This document shows, piece by piece, positions 19,122-28,786 of a stretch of 64,000 nucleotides of DNA; position 1 is the first letter of the stretch, and every line of letters starts with the position of its first letter. The notes below the pieces were generated by a model that worked only from the letters and a program-made list of their open reading frames with translations, was not told the origin of the DNA and ran no database searches. The stretch comes from a virus, in IMG/VR virus record IMGVR_UViG_3300020401_001540, positions 8,865-72,864 of that record. One strand, given 5' to 3'. The position numbers and the translations under genes were made by a program.

Positions 19122-19460
19122 TTATATTTCCCTTACATGTTTAAATTTTTTGTTAGAAGTATCGACGTGTTCATCTCTTCTAACACCTTTTCCTTTTTCT
19201 TTTATTGAACATACTTGCATACACGCTGGAGGTCCAACGTGTCTTTTTAAGTTCTTATAAAATCTTGCCCATTCTTTTTTTGCTAAAATTTCTTTAATAC
19301 TTTCATTGTCATCTAACTTACTTACAGCCATTAATTTTTGAAATTCTGGATCATTAGTTGTAGGCGGATCATCGCAATAACAACACGGTAGCAAGTAACC
19401 TTCGTTTGTCACTGCAAAAGGAAATCCGTTGAAACATGCTGGGTTCAATCTTACATTCAT
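19122..19460 (-). CDS. stand-alone SPASM/twitch-like Fe-S domain protein
   Basis: C..VTNEGYLLPCCYCD...PACMQVC. Confidence 0.65.
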   Translation of the reverse strand: MNVRLNPACFNGFPFAVTNEGYLLPCCYCDDPPTTNDPEFQKLMAVSKLDDNESIKEILAKKEWARFYKNLKRHVGPPACMQVCSIKEKGKGVRRDEHVDTSNKKFKHVREI

Positions 19461-20104
19461 TTTCGTTTTACTTCCCTTACTTCCAAACTATATTGGTCTA
19501 AAGTTGGTTTAAAAGGATCGTTAGGACCTCGCCACCTTGAACTTATTAACTTGTAAAAATCAACACCAATGGAATCAGCCATATCAATTGCCTCGTCTAT
19601 ATCATTTTGATTATATTTAAACACTATGTATTGCCAAGTAGGTTTTACTTTTAGATAATTTACCGATTCTTTCATAATATTGAACAGCTTTTCGCCGTCT
19701 TGATTAATTCTATATTGATGACTATCTTTTGGCAAGCCATCTATACTGAATACCCATTGGGCATAAGGGTGTGCCTCAAATGCTTTTATATACCATTTTA
19801 AAGATTTGACTGATGAAGCATTATGTATTTCTACTCTTACTTCACGATCATAGCACTTTTTTAAAAATTCTATAAATCTTGGATGATGTACTGGGTCAGA
19901 TAACTGTCCTTCAAAATCTATTTTCATCATAAAATTTAAAATTTTTTCAAAATTACTATCTGAAAGATCATGACCAGGAACCTTCAATCCTCTATACCTA
20001 TACAAAAATTGTCTTGGACAATTAGGACATTCTATTGCACATCTGTGGGTAAGGTCTAAGTTTACAGCACGTCTGTTAAAAAATGGATTGTTTCTATTCA
20101 TCAA
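19457..20104 (-). CDS. radical SAM core-domain protein (short)
   Basis: CAIECPNC, FSIDG and WQYIVFKYN. Confidence 0.85.
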   Translation of the reverse strand: MMNRNNPFFNRRAVNLDLTHRCAIECPNCPRQFLYRYRGLKVPGHDLSDSNFEKILNFMMKIDFEGQLSDPVHHPRFIEFLKKCYDREVRVEIHNASSVKSLKWYIKAFEAHPYAQWVFSIDGLPKDSHQYRINQDGEKLFNIMKESVNYLKVKPTWQYIVFKYNQNDIDEAIDMADSIGVDFYKLISSRWRGPNDPFKPTLDQYSLEVREVKRK

Positions 20105-20948
20105 ATTGTCCTAATGCTTGTTCAATAGCTGTTATATCAGGTGTGCTTGGTTGTCTATTCCAATAAACATTTCCACCATCATTCATATTTTTGTCTCTTG
20201 CATAAATTACATTTTTATTAAAGTATTTACATTCTTGGAAAATCCTTGGTGCTGGATCAAATGTATCTTTTGTGTACACATAGGTATCGAACAAACTCAT
20301 TAAATTTTTTACAGGAACAAATATATTGTTGTTTTTAGGATTTATGTAATCAGCATCATAAGTTAAAATACCATGATCTGGGTATTGATCAATTACTTTT
20401 TCTACTGTTGCATAATATTTGTCATTAGTTCCCAAGAATAAGTGTTTGAATTGTATATTATCTTTGTGTGGTTTATATATTTCAAAATTAATTGTTTTTT
20501 CAAAATGTATACCTACGCCTTCTGGATATACTTGTTTATCACATAAGTCAACTATCTTTGCAGGATCATAAAATTTTACAGCCAAAGGATATTTTGCAGG
20601 GTGATTTTCCGAATACACGCTTATTAGATTGCCACCGAACAAGGTTCTAAGGATCATTTGCTGTTGAATTGTGTAACTATCAAAGTCTTGGTAACTGAGA
20701 GTCATCATACTCCTACCCATAATTAGTGTAGCGTCACCTGTCCAACCGTCTAATGAATTAAACAGAACATTATGTTGGTGTATGTATTTGTATTTTAACA
20801 CGTTAAGATAATCTTGTTGAGTAAAATTTCTGTGTGTAATAACTATAACTCTTGCCTTTATTCCTTTGCTATTTAGATATGAACAATATTCATAACTATA
20901 ATAAAACAATCCATCTACAGGTTTACTTGTTACAACTATATTAAGCAT
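20094..20948 (-). CDS. putative GT-B-like glycosyltransferase
   Basis: C-terminal FDPAPRIFQECKYFNKNVI resembles the GT4 E-x7-E/GxPVI nucleotide-binding motif. Confidence 0.45.
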   Translation of the reverse strand: MLNIVVTSKPVDGLFYYSYEYCSYLNSKGIKARVIVITHRNFTQQDYLNVLKYKYIHQHNVLFNSLDGWTGDATLIMGRSMMTLSYQDFDSYTIQQQMILRTLFGGNLISVYSENHPAKYPLAVKFYDPAKIVDLCDKQVYPEGVGIHFEKTINFEIYKPHKDNIQFKHLFLGTNDKYYATVEKVIDQYPDHGILTYDADYINPKNNNIFVPVKNLMSLFDTYVYTKDTFDPAPRIFQECKYFNKNVIYARDKNMNDGGNVYWNRQPSTPDITAIEQALGQFDE

Positions 20949-21645
20949 TGAATTGTTCCTTTAACCAATCAAAGTTGTTTATCAGCCGAAGATCAGTCCT
21001 CCGAGAAAAGCCAAACTCCATACCAGCGGTAGCGCCTGCCAAAGCATATTCGCCATACTGTCTATCGTGTCCCACGGTTGTCCAAGTTTTGAGTCTTTCA
21101 TTTGTTTCCTCCTCGTTTTGTCTTTCAATTGTTTTACTTGCTAATTTTGCACACTCTCTAAATGCACTTTTCCATGTGTTAAAAGGATCTGTGTTAAATG
21201 CAGTAATATTTGATATTGTGTCTATAACTTGAAAATTTTTTGATATACTTGTTGTCATGTCATTTGTGTTTGTATCCATTTTTAGTGTTTTGTGTTTAGG
21301 TAATATTTTAACACCTCCGTAACCATATACTAGATCATTAATAGGATTTACACTTTTATATACGAACACTGTGCTTTCATTCCTATCTTTATCTGTCAAA
21401 GGTGTAGGTACAATAAAATTAAATTTAAAATTTAAATCAACTACAGCGTCACCGTCAACTACATAAAAATAATTTGTGTTTGCAATTTCAGCCGCTTTAA
21501 CATGAGCTTGATGTATTCCTTTTACTCCATCAACTCTTTTTACTTTGGCTCCTAATGTTCCAGTGTAATTGAACCTACCATAGAGATTACTGTAGTTTTG
21601 TTCAGCATTAGGTTCATTATAAGATATAAAGATTATATCATACAT
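20941..21645 (-). CDS. GT-A-like glycosyltransferase
   Basis: DIIFISYNEP, GIHQAH, VVDGD (DxD) and AFRECAKL. Confidence 0.6.
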   Translation of the reverse strand: MYDIIFISYNEPNAEQNYSNLYGRFNYTGTLGAKVKRVDGVKGIHQAHVKAAEIANTNYFYVVDGDAVVDLNFKFNFIVPTPLTDKDRNESTVFVYKSVNPINDLVYGYGGVKILPKHKTLKMDTNTNDMTTSISKNFQVIDTISNITAFNTDPFNTWKSAFRECAKLASKTIERQNEEETNERLKTWTTVGHDRQYGEYALAGATAGMEFGFSRRTDLRLINNFDWLKEQFNA

Positions 21646-22982
21646 TTTTTACACTCCAACCAAAATTCGTGCAATTCAGGAAAAGTTTTATGAAATTTAG
21701 TTTCTCGCCTTTTATCATATTGAACAATCCATTCAATAAACATTCTTCTATTTTCCTGTGCAATAGTACCAAACTCGTTTGGTTTTTTAAATCTTGTTTC
21801 TAAATCATTGATAATCCTATCTAAGTCTTGGGTTTCTTTTTTATCAAATACTGCCTTGTTTGCTTTCATGTAACTTAATGCTGGATAAAGGTATTTTTCT
21901 ACCAGAGGTTTCGTTGCAATTTTAGCATCTAAAAATCCAGGATTTCTTACATAAGGAATACTGAGCCAAATTCTAGGTTTGAATTTATACTTTAAATTTC
22001 CTACATACTTTACAAAAGGAAAAAATGTTGGAAAACTTAATATGTTGAACGCACTCATAAAGACGCAAACTGCTTTTGTATTTTCTAAATAGTAATTTAC
22101 ATTTTTAGAAAACATATCCCAGTCCATTCCAAATCTGTTATATTCAGCTTGTTCGCCCATGCTTTCTGCACTTACAAATAATGTAAATCTTTTAATACAT
22201 TTTTTATCCTCTAAAGTTTTAATTTTCTTAACAAAATCTTTCCATTTGTTTCCAGGAGGACATGCGTTACTGTTTACAGCAAATTCTAAATTTGGTTGTG
22301 GATTTTTTAATAAATGATCTAAAACTTTATTTGTATGTTTACTCATTAAAGGTTCTCCACCTGTAATTCTAAAAGTATGCATGTGTTTTACTGCTGTTGG
22401 AAACCATTTCCAAAAGGCTTCAATGTAAGGATTAGTTTCACGTTCAGGAATCTGTTTTTGATATTCATCTATTTGATTATATTTCCAACTGAGTCCTTTA
22501 AAGTTATATGGTCCATGCCTGTTTATTTCATCTCCCCATTTACTACTAAATGCAGGACCACAGTATCCACATTTAAAATTACACACATTTGAAAAACTTA
22601 TTTCTACATACCTAGGATAAAAATCTTCTTGGGCATTAGCTTTTCTTATTTTATGAAAATCTGGCCAACTCCAATCATCTGCACTTTTGTATATTCTATC
22701 ACTAAAATTTTCTGTGTTATCTTCTATTCTCCAGCAATAGTCGCATTCACTAGGGCGTTCGCCTTGCAACATCAAGTGTCTTGTGTTTTTCTTAAATTGT
22801 GTATTGTGCAATACGTTTGGATTATCTTTAAGCTCTTTGAGAGGAATAGCATGTGCTTTTACATGATGACAGCTATGATTTATTCCTGAACCCAAATGAA
22901 TAGTCACCTGTGTCCACTTTGCAAGACAAAATCCTGGTCCAACTTGATTCAGTTTTTCTTTTACTTTTTCTGGACTGGTCAT
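21633..22982 (-). CDS. radical SAM protein with N-terminal twitch-like Cys domain
   Basis: FCLAKW..SCHH..ECDYCW, followed by CNFKCGYC and TGGEP. Confidence 0.9.
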   Translation of the reverse strand: MTSPEKVKEKLNQVGPGFCLAKWTQVTIHLGSGINHSCHHVKAHAIPLKELKDNPNVLHNTQFKKNTRHLMLQGERPSECDYCWRIEDNTENFSDRIYKSADDWSWPDFHKIRKANAQEDFYPRYVEISFSNVCNFKCGYCGPAFSSKWGDEINRHGPYNFKGLSWKYNQIDEYQKQIPERETNPYIEAFWKWFPTAVKHMHTFRITGGEPLMSKHTNKVLDHLLKNPQPNLEFAVNSNACPPGNKWKDFVKKIKTLEDKKCIKRFTLFVSAESMGEQAEYNRFGMDWDMFSKNVNYYLENTKAVCVFMSAFNILSFPTFFPFVKYVGNLKYKFKPRIWLSIPYVRNPGFLDAKIATKPLVEKYLYPALSYMKANKAVFDKKETQDLDRIINDLETRFKKPNEFGTIAQENRRMFIEWIVQYDKRRETKFHKTFPELHEFWLECKKCMI

Positions 22983-23881
22983 TTGTAATTGTTTTTCCTA
23001 ACTGCACTATCATTTACGCTTTTAAAAAAATTGCTTTGTTCTTGATTAAGAGGTTGTACTGCAATTGGTATTTCAAGTTTATCAATAAGTTGATTACCTA
23101 AATTAAAAATTTCACTATGTAATACATCTTCAGGAAGCTCGTCTCTTCCTCCCCATAATTCATTTAAGCAATCAAAGTCTCTTACATTAACATAATCCCA
23201 ATCACTACACATTGTCATGAACAAGCCTTCCCTTGCTCCATATATGGCCCAAGAACCGTTTTTGACATCTGCTCCCACCATGCACCAAATATACAACATG
23301 GCTAAATTTTTTTGATGGCTTTTTAAAAATTGCTCCTTTGGAATACGTGCTCCTCTATTTAATGCTAGTTTGACTCCTTCTCTAAAACCTGCTCTCCAGG
23401 CTTGGTAAGGTGTTGCATTGTTATGTACATTACTAAAGCAATCTGCCATCTGGACATATCTAGCGTCCCAACAAAATTCTATTTGTGCGTTTATGTTTTC
23501 TTTGTCTGCGTTTTCGTGTGTTTTCATATTCAACACGTATTGTTTTGGCCAACATTTAAGCCCACCGTTTCCATAAACCAAACCGTTAATTGTATTCTTT
23601 CCACACCAACTTATAACACTATTCTCTAAATTTTCCTTTGGATCAAATTCAAGAACTTGATTAATAAAATTTTGATCTACTGTATTGTCGCCGTCTACTG
23701 TAACAAATCTATCTGTTTCTGAAAGTTCTGCACAGGCCTTATGAGCGGCATCTGATCCTTTTATTCCATGTATACGCTTTGCCCAAGGAACCTTACTTAA
23801 CAAGTCTGTATAATTTTGTTCTGCATTTGGTTCATCATAACTAAGATATATTATATCTATTTCGCCGACATTAAGTTTCAT
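22979..23881 (-). CDS. GT-A-like glycosyltransferase (paralog of 20941-21645)
   Basis: DIIYLSYDEP, AAHKAC, TVDGD, YGNGGLK and AGFREGVKL. Confidence 0.6.
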   Translation of the reverse strand: MKLNVGEIDIIYLSYDEPNAEQNYTDLLSKVPWAKRIHGIKGSDAAHKACAELSETDRFVTVDGDNTVDQNFINQVLEFDPKENLENSVISWCGKNTINGLVYGNGGLKCWPKQYVLNMKTHENADKENINAQIEFCWDARYVQMADCFSNVHNNATPYQAWRAGFREGVKLALNRGARIPKEQFLKSHQKNLAMLYIWCMVGADVKNGSWAIYGAREGLFMTMCSDWDYVNVRDFDCLNELWGGRDELPEDVLHSEIFNLGNQLIDKLEIPIAVQPLNQEQSNFFKSVNDSAVRKNNYK

Positions 23882-24413
23882 ATTTCACTCCACAGTCTAT
23901 TGTAAGACAATTTGTGTATACACTAAAATTATCAAGAGTAAACTTGTACGTTTGTTGCTTTTGTGTATCAAAATTTAAATGTGTGTACAACATATGAGGA
24001 TCACCTTTTTTAGTAATACTAAATGCTAGTCTTTCTTTTATTAAATTTTCTAAACCTTCTTTTAATTTTATGTAACATGTTTTATTAATTCTGTCAATGA
24101 CTAAGAACAAGTCTGCTTGATCGTTTTCTTTTACTTCTACAAAAGGAAAATTCTGTTCTAAATCTAAAGTAATTTTTCGTAATTCATATCTTTGTTTTTT
24201 TGTATTAAGCACAACTGCGTAATCAGACATTGTTTCTTTCAATGACGTAATCGGTTCTATTTCTTTTTCAGATACTTCAATGCTACTATAGTCTAAATCC
24301 TTGTTAGGCCCAACTGATTTTACTTCTCCAGTCTTCTTATCATAATTTACATATTGTTGTGTGGAAACTGCTACTTCAACTAATTGCATTGTATTTTTCC
24401 TTATAAGTTTCAA
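23871..24413 (-). CDS. hypothetical protein
   Basis: Open frame coupled to its neighbours. No motif recognised. Confidence 0.55.
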   Translation of the reverse strand: MKLIRKNTMQLVEVAVSTQQYVNYDKKTGEVKSVGPNKDLDYSSIEVSEKEIEPITSLKETMSDYAVVLNTKKQRYELRKITLDLEQNFPFVEVKENDQADLFLVIDRINKTCYIKLKEGLENLIKERLAFSITKKGDPHMLYTHLNFDTQKQQTYKFTLDNFSVYTNCLTIDCGVKYET

Positions 24414-25188
24414 ACACTGTATTACAAAAATTATTATCTACATAATGGAACAGTCCATGTTGTTTATAGTTTCCTATCTTTAAATCATCTCCAACAAAGT
24501 ATTGTATTTCATTTACCCAACTATCTTGTTGCCAATCCACGTTCTGTATTTTAGATTTCATATGAACAAAATCAATACTAGACGTTTTATAATTGTTATT
24601 GTTATTGTGTATCATACATATAGCATGGTTAACATCCATACTATCTAACCTAGGTGTGTTTTTTGGCAGGTATTCTTTGTAATATGATTGCCAGTTCCTA
24701 ACAATATGTTTTAAATTTTTATAATATTTCAAACTGTTGTCATTCTTTTTAAAATATTGATATGCATTATACACATTTGGTAAATTATTTTCAGTAAAAG
24801 TTTTTCTATAGTAATCATCGGTCACTGTTTCATTTTTGTATGTTCTAACTTTTTCAACAAGGCAAACATCGTACCTATTAAATATATCCCAGTGATGTGA
24901 TAGATCACTTAAAAATAACATATCTGTATCTAAAACAATAGTTTCTTCATATGGACTTACGTGATATGCTTTCCATCTATTCTGTGTGTCATAAAAACAA
25001 ACTGTTTCTTCATGCCAAGGTATCTCAATTATATGATCAAACAGGTTTTCAAATTGTTTTTCAACTGTATCATTTGTTATAATTGAAACATTCTGTATTT
25101 TCTGTGTCAGTTTGATTGACATTGCACATAGACACGCTTGTTTTACATAATCTTTCCCAGATGCTATCATTACATATCCTTTTGTCAT
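24376..25188 (-). CDS. GT-A (GT8-like) glycosyltransferase
   Basis: YVKQACLCAMSIK, SPYEETIVLDTD (DxD) and FVHMK. Confidence 0.65.
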   Translation of the reverse strand: MTKGYVMIASGKDYVKQACLCAMSIKLTQKIQNVSIITNDTVEKQFENLFDHIIEIPWHEETVCFYDTQNRWKAYHVSPYEETIVLDTDMLFLSDLSHHWDIFNRYDVCLVEKVRTYKNETVTDDYYRKTFTENNLPNVYNAYQYFKKNDNSLKYYKNLKHIVRNWQSYYKEYLPKNTPRLDSMDVNHAICMIHNNNNNYKTSSIDFVHMKSKIQNVDWQQDSWVNEIQYFVGDDLKIGNYKQHGLFHYVDNNFCNTVFETYKEKYNAIS

Positions 25189-25991
25189 AGTAATCTTTCC
25201 AAACTAAATTTATTCATGACATGAACATTTGCATCACGTATCGAACCTAAAATATACTCGTTACGAGTATGTTCTTTTTCTAGTAAGAACTTTAATTTTT
25301 CTTTATCAATTTCAATTAATTCATCTCTATCAAGAGTGTAGTACATTTTTCCTGGCATAGGTTTTGCCCAGTCATTATCTTCAAATCCGTTCATCATATG
25401 TATTCCAATACTGAAAAGATGATCATTCCTGAAATTTCTTGCATCTATATCGTATACCATTTTGTAATGATTCCAATTTTCACTTATGTGTTTTAGAAGA
25501 TCAAAGAAAATCTTATGCTCTTGATTTTTTACAAAGTAAAAACATGTTGCCCAATAAAAAGGAACTCCTTTATCGTTTATGAAATCAAACTCTTTGTATT
25601 TTCTCCATGGACATAAATCTACTCCATGTCTGTAAATTTTAAAATCCCCATTAATAAATGCATCAGATAATTTATTGTTTGTAATAATGTAATCAACATC
25701 AAGAACTAATGTTTTATCATATGGAGATAGATCATAACTTTTACAACGACTATAGTTTTTGAAGTTTAAAGTTTTAAAGTCAACTGTATCGTAATATCTT
25801 TTATTGTTAGGTTGGCCTTCTTTTAATTTAATTATCTTATCAAAAATTTTACCACTGTTAGAATATTGATCTGATGTGCATAAAGATGTAGGAAGTCCCA
25901 TGTATTTTTTGATTCGAATTGCTAACTGTTCAGCTTGCTTTATATAATTGATTTCATTATTGTTAGCAAAACATAAAACGCCATTAGACAT
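25185..25991 (-). CDS. GT-A (GT8-like) glycosyltransferase, paralog
   Basis: YIKQA, SPYDKTLVLDVD, FRND and HVMNK. Confidence 0.65.
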   Translation of the reverse strand: MSNGVLCFANNNEINYIKQAEQLAIRIKKYMGLPTSLCTSDQYSNSGKIFDKIIKLKEGQPNNKRYYDTVDFKTLNFKNYSRCKSYDLSPYDKTLVLDVDYIITNNKLSDAFINGDFKIYRHGVDLCPWRKYKEFDFINDKGVPFYWATCFYFVKNQEHKIFFDLLKHISENWNHYKMVYDIDARNFRNDHLFSIGIHMMNGFEDNDWAKPMPGKMYYTLDRDELIEIDKEKLKFLLEKEHTRNEYILGSIRDANVHVMNKFSLERLL

Positions 25992-26319
25992 CCACTATAC
26001 CTTCAACACTTCTTTTGTTGCTAATCGCTTTATATCTGCTGAGAAAATTATCACTAGCTGTTGTGTAATGAGACTTTACTAAATTTTTAAATTCTTCTAC
26101 TTCAATCTTGACTGGTACATTGTTTTCATCTATAATTACAGCATCTTCACTGTCAAGATTGCATACAAAAGAAAACAAAGTTCGATCTGCTTTGAACTTA
26201 CCGCCAGCATGATAAAAAACCAATTCTTCATCATACTGTTCTTTTAGAATCCGTTTTTGGTTGTTCAAAATAGTTGCTAAATTAGAAAAACCAAGAGCTT
26301 TTTCTAGCTTTTCATCCAT
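25984..26319 (-). CDS. hypothetical phage protein
   Basis: Open frame with a GGAG RBS. First gene downstream of the 26343 late motif. Confidence 0.6.
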   Translation of the reverse strand: MDEKLEKALGFSNLATILNNQKRILKEQYDEELVFYHAGGKFKADRTLFSFVCNLDSEDAVIIDENNVPVKIEVEEFKNLVKSHYTTASDNFLSRYKAISNKRSVEGIVDV

Positions 26320-26342
26320 AGTAATACTCCATTAAGCACTAC

Positions 26343-26348
26343 TATTTA
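26343..26348 (-). promoter_or_regulatory. late promoter core TAAATA
   Basis: Intergenic, upstream of the glycosyltransferase/radical SAM gene run. Confidence 0.5.
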
Positions 26349-26351
26349 ATA

Positions 26352-27266
26352 TTATAGGTTGTTTGTTGTATTGAAAGTTGGCTTGCTAATGTTTACGGAA
26401 TTTATGTTGTTTGGACGTTTACATTCAACGATACTTCCTGTAGTTGCTGTTACAGCTTCGTCAAAATTTGGATTTGGTCCTTTATCTTCGTTAAATGTTA
26501 TTCTAAATGAAAGCACATTTCCGTTTTTCTTGCCTTCAATAAGATAGTCGTTTGCACTATAAGCAGATGCTGTCTTATTGAATATTGTGGTATAACTTGT
26601 AGGTAAGTTTACAAAACCAAAACTAGTTCCTACAGAACCATTACTTGTATTATCTCTATCAAAAGTTACAGTACCAACCGAAGTCATTAAGTTTCGCCAG
26701 TCGTTATTAATTGTAGTATTACCTGATCCAATTGTTCCTCTGAAAAGTATTGCACCACCTGCATTAAAAAATACTCGCATATGATCTTCGCCTGTCAATG
26801 CAGTTGTAGTTCCGTCACCATTAGTTACACTATATCCTGGAAATGTTACAGTAACAATATGATTAATATCAGTTGCCCAGTCTGCTGTTCTTGAACTGCT
26901 TTCTCCTGATTCAATTCCTACTTGATTGGATGCAAAGTTTAACCTTGCTGATTGAGCAGTGATACTTAAATCTTCATATTGCACATAACCTTCTTTTGTA
27001 GTTGTGTTTGAATCTTCTACAGTATCGCCTATCGATGGTTGTGCTATTTCAGTAACTGCGTTACCTGTTTGATGGACTCTACATTTATTAATATCAACAA
27101 ACAAATTTGCCATGTCCAGTGCTGTTACTGTAGCACCCACACTTACTGTTTGACTTGTAATTGCTTGTCCATAACCTTCGTCACCTGCTCCTTTTCCTAG
27201 AACAGCCGCTATCCTTGCTCTGATAATATTATATCTCGCCGCGGTAATTGTATCGCCTACTGCCAT
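26352..27266 (-). CDS. virion structural protein (tail/baseplate-associated)
   Basis: Thr/Gly-rich, with G.GD.GYGQ and FFNAGG motifs. Lies within the tail gene run. Confidence 0.6.
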   Translation of the reverse strand: MAVGDTITAARYNIIRARIAAVLGKGAGDEGYGQAITSQTVSVGATVTALDMANLFVDINKCRVHQTGNAVTEIAQPSIGDTVEDSNTTTKEGYVQYEDLSITAQSARLNFASNQVGIESGESSSRTADWATDINHIVTVTFPGYSVTNGDGTTTALTGEDHMRVFFNAGGAILFRGTIGSGNTTINNDWRNLMTSVGTVTFDRDNTSNGSVGTSFGFVNLPTSYTTIFNKTASAYSANDYLIEGKKNGNVLSFRITFNEDKGPNPNFDEAVTATTGSIVECKRPNNINSVNISKPTFNTTNNL

Positions 27267-27280
27267 CTTACTTCCTTATT

Positions 27281-28750
27281 TTATAACTTCAAAATACATT
27301 CAACTAATGTCTCTTCGTGCCTGTCATTGCTTTCTAAGGCAATACCAATCATGTCTCCGCTTCCATCAACACTTGCTGTACCGTTTTTAGCAACATGTAC
27401 AGGCTCCCCTTTATTTACCGGACCTGTTATACGCACTGGCACTCTTCCGACTAACGCTACGGCTTGTCCTTCGGCTTCTGAATTCATTAAGTAAGCAGGT
27501 TTTGTACTGATTACTCCAATACAAATACCATGTTCATCTTCACATGCAGTTGCTTCAGCTTCTCCACCTATCATCATTAGTGTTCCTACAGGGTAATTTT
27601 TATCAGTTGTATATTTTTCTGCCAAGTCAGCGTATCTTGCTTGTGTAGATATACCATTGAAAACGTTTGCCGCTAAATTACCACTTGAATCTCTTACTGC
27701 TACAGTATTATTTGTTGCACTTACGTCACCTGTTCTATAGTTAGAACCAACTTGTAAGTTAATTGCGTTAGTTGCTAATCCATTAAATGCAGTAGCATAC
27801 ATATTTCTGAACTTGAAGTTTACATCACCAATATCAAATGTGTTAGTAGTTGTTGGAATTAATCCTACACTTTGAATATGGAATGGTTCAGTTGCAACTC
27901 CTCCACTTGATCTTACCTTTAATCTAATTTTTGTTCCAACAGTATTTTCTATTACACCTTCATCACCGTTGGTAATAAACACAGCAAGGTCATTTGCCGC
28001 ACCAACTGTAAAACCTGCGTCAGCAAATCTTGTGATACTTGTAAAGTTTGCACTTCCTGCCAATGCATAATCACTTGCAGGCAAACCATTTAATCTTTCT
28101 GCGTTTGTAGCAGTACCATGGAATCTGTGAGCTGTTGCTGTTACACCATTTGTAGCCGCTGTTGTGTTTCTTAGTGTTAAACCTTGTCTTACAACATCAA
28201 ATCCTGTAATAACATTGCTTGGATCTGTAGCATCAATTGTAAATTCTGCATTACTTATAATGAATACAACACCATCATCAACTGTACCTTTGATTATAGT
28301 TCTGTTTACCTGGTTATTGTCGCGTACAATACTTGTAACCATTGCAGAAACTGTTTCACCTATGGACTGTGGACCGATTAGGACAAATCCACCATTTGCG
28401 TTTTGTGCATATAACTGATTGTTATTGGTATCCCACCAAAAATCTCCAGTTGTAAGTCCAACTGGTTGTGTAGTGGATACTTCCGCTCCGCCTGTTGTTC
28501 TAAATTTTGTTCCGTCGTAAAATTTTAGTTTTTTTACTGCACTATCAAACCAAATCTGTCCTGACAAAGGACTTGCAGGTTGGTTTGCACTTGAAAAATT
28601 CTCAAGCAAATGGACGAAGTTTTCGTTTTGTATTTCACCATAACCAGCATAGTTTTTACCAACTAATTTAAGCGTTGTGCTTTGGTCGATAGTTCCATCT
28701 TCAACCGAAGTTAACTGTGTGCCATTTGTTAAATTTATTATGTACGCCAT
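27281..28750 (-). CDS. tail fibre protein with C-terminal intramolecular chaperone-like domain
   Basis: Shared N-terminal GKNYAGYGE..NENF..LLENF module. C-terminal ARYADLAEKY...GVISTKPAYLMN...VALVGRVPV. Confidence 0.75.
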   Translation of the reverse strand: MAYIINLTNGTQLTSVEDGTIDQSTTLKLVGKNYAGYGEIQNENFVHLLENFSSANQPASPLSGQIWFDSAVKKLKFYDGTKFRTTGGAEVSTTQPVGLTTGDFWWDTNNNQLYAQNANGGFVLIGPQSIGETVSAMVTSIVRDNNQVNRTIIKGTVDDGVVFIISNAEFTIDATDPSNVITGFDVVRQGLTLRNTTAATNGVTATAHRFHGTATNAERLNGLPASDYALAGSANFTSITRFADAGFTVGAANDLAVFITNGDEGVIENTVGTKIRLKVRSSGGVATEPFHIQSVGLIPTTTNTFDIGDVNFKFRNMYATAFNGLATNAINLQVGSNYRTGDVSATNNTVAVRDSSGNLAANVFNGISTQARYADLAEKYTTDKNYPVGTLMMIGGEAEATACEDEHGICIGVISTKPAYLMNSEAEGQAVALVGRVPVRITGPVNKGEPVHVAKNGTASVDGSGDMIGIALESNDRHEETLVECILKL

Positions 28751-28778
28751 TTATTAACCCCTAATCATGTGTTACATG

Positions 28779-28786
28779 TATTTATA
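28779..28786 (-). promoter_or_regulatory. T4 late promoter TATAAATA (perfect)
   Basis: Exact TATAAATA on the minus strand, upstream of the 28750 ATG. Confidence 0.7.

Noticed and set aside
1469-26319. RiPP cluster with a small precursor peptide
   Set aside because: No credible short leader/core peptide ORF, peptidase or exporter was found. The small ORFs are a membrane protein and a Cys-rich Fe-S domain.
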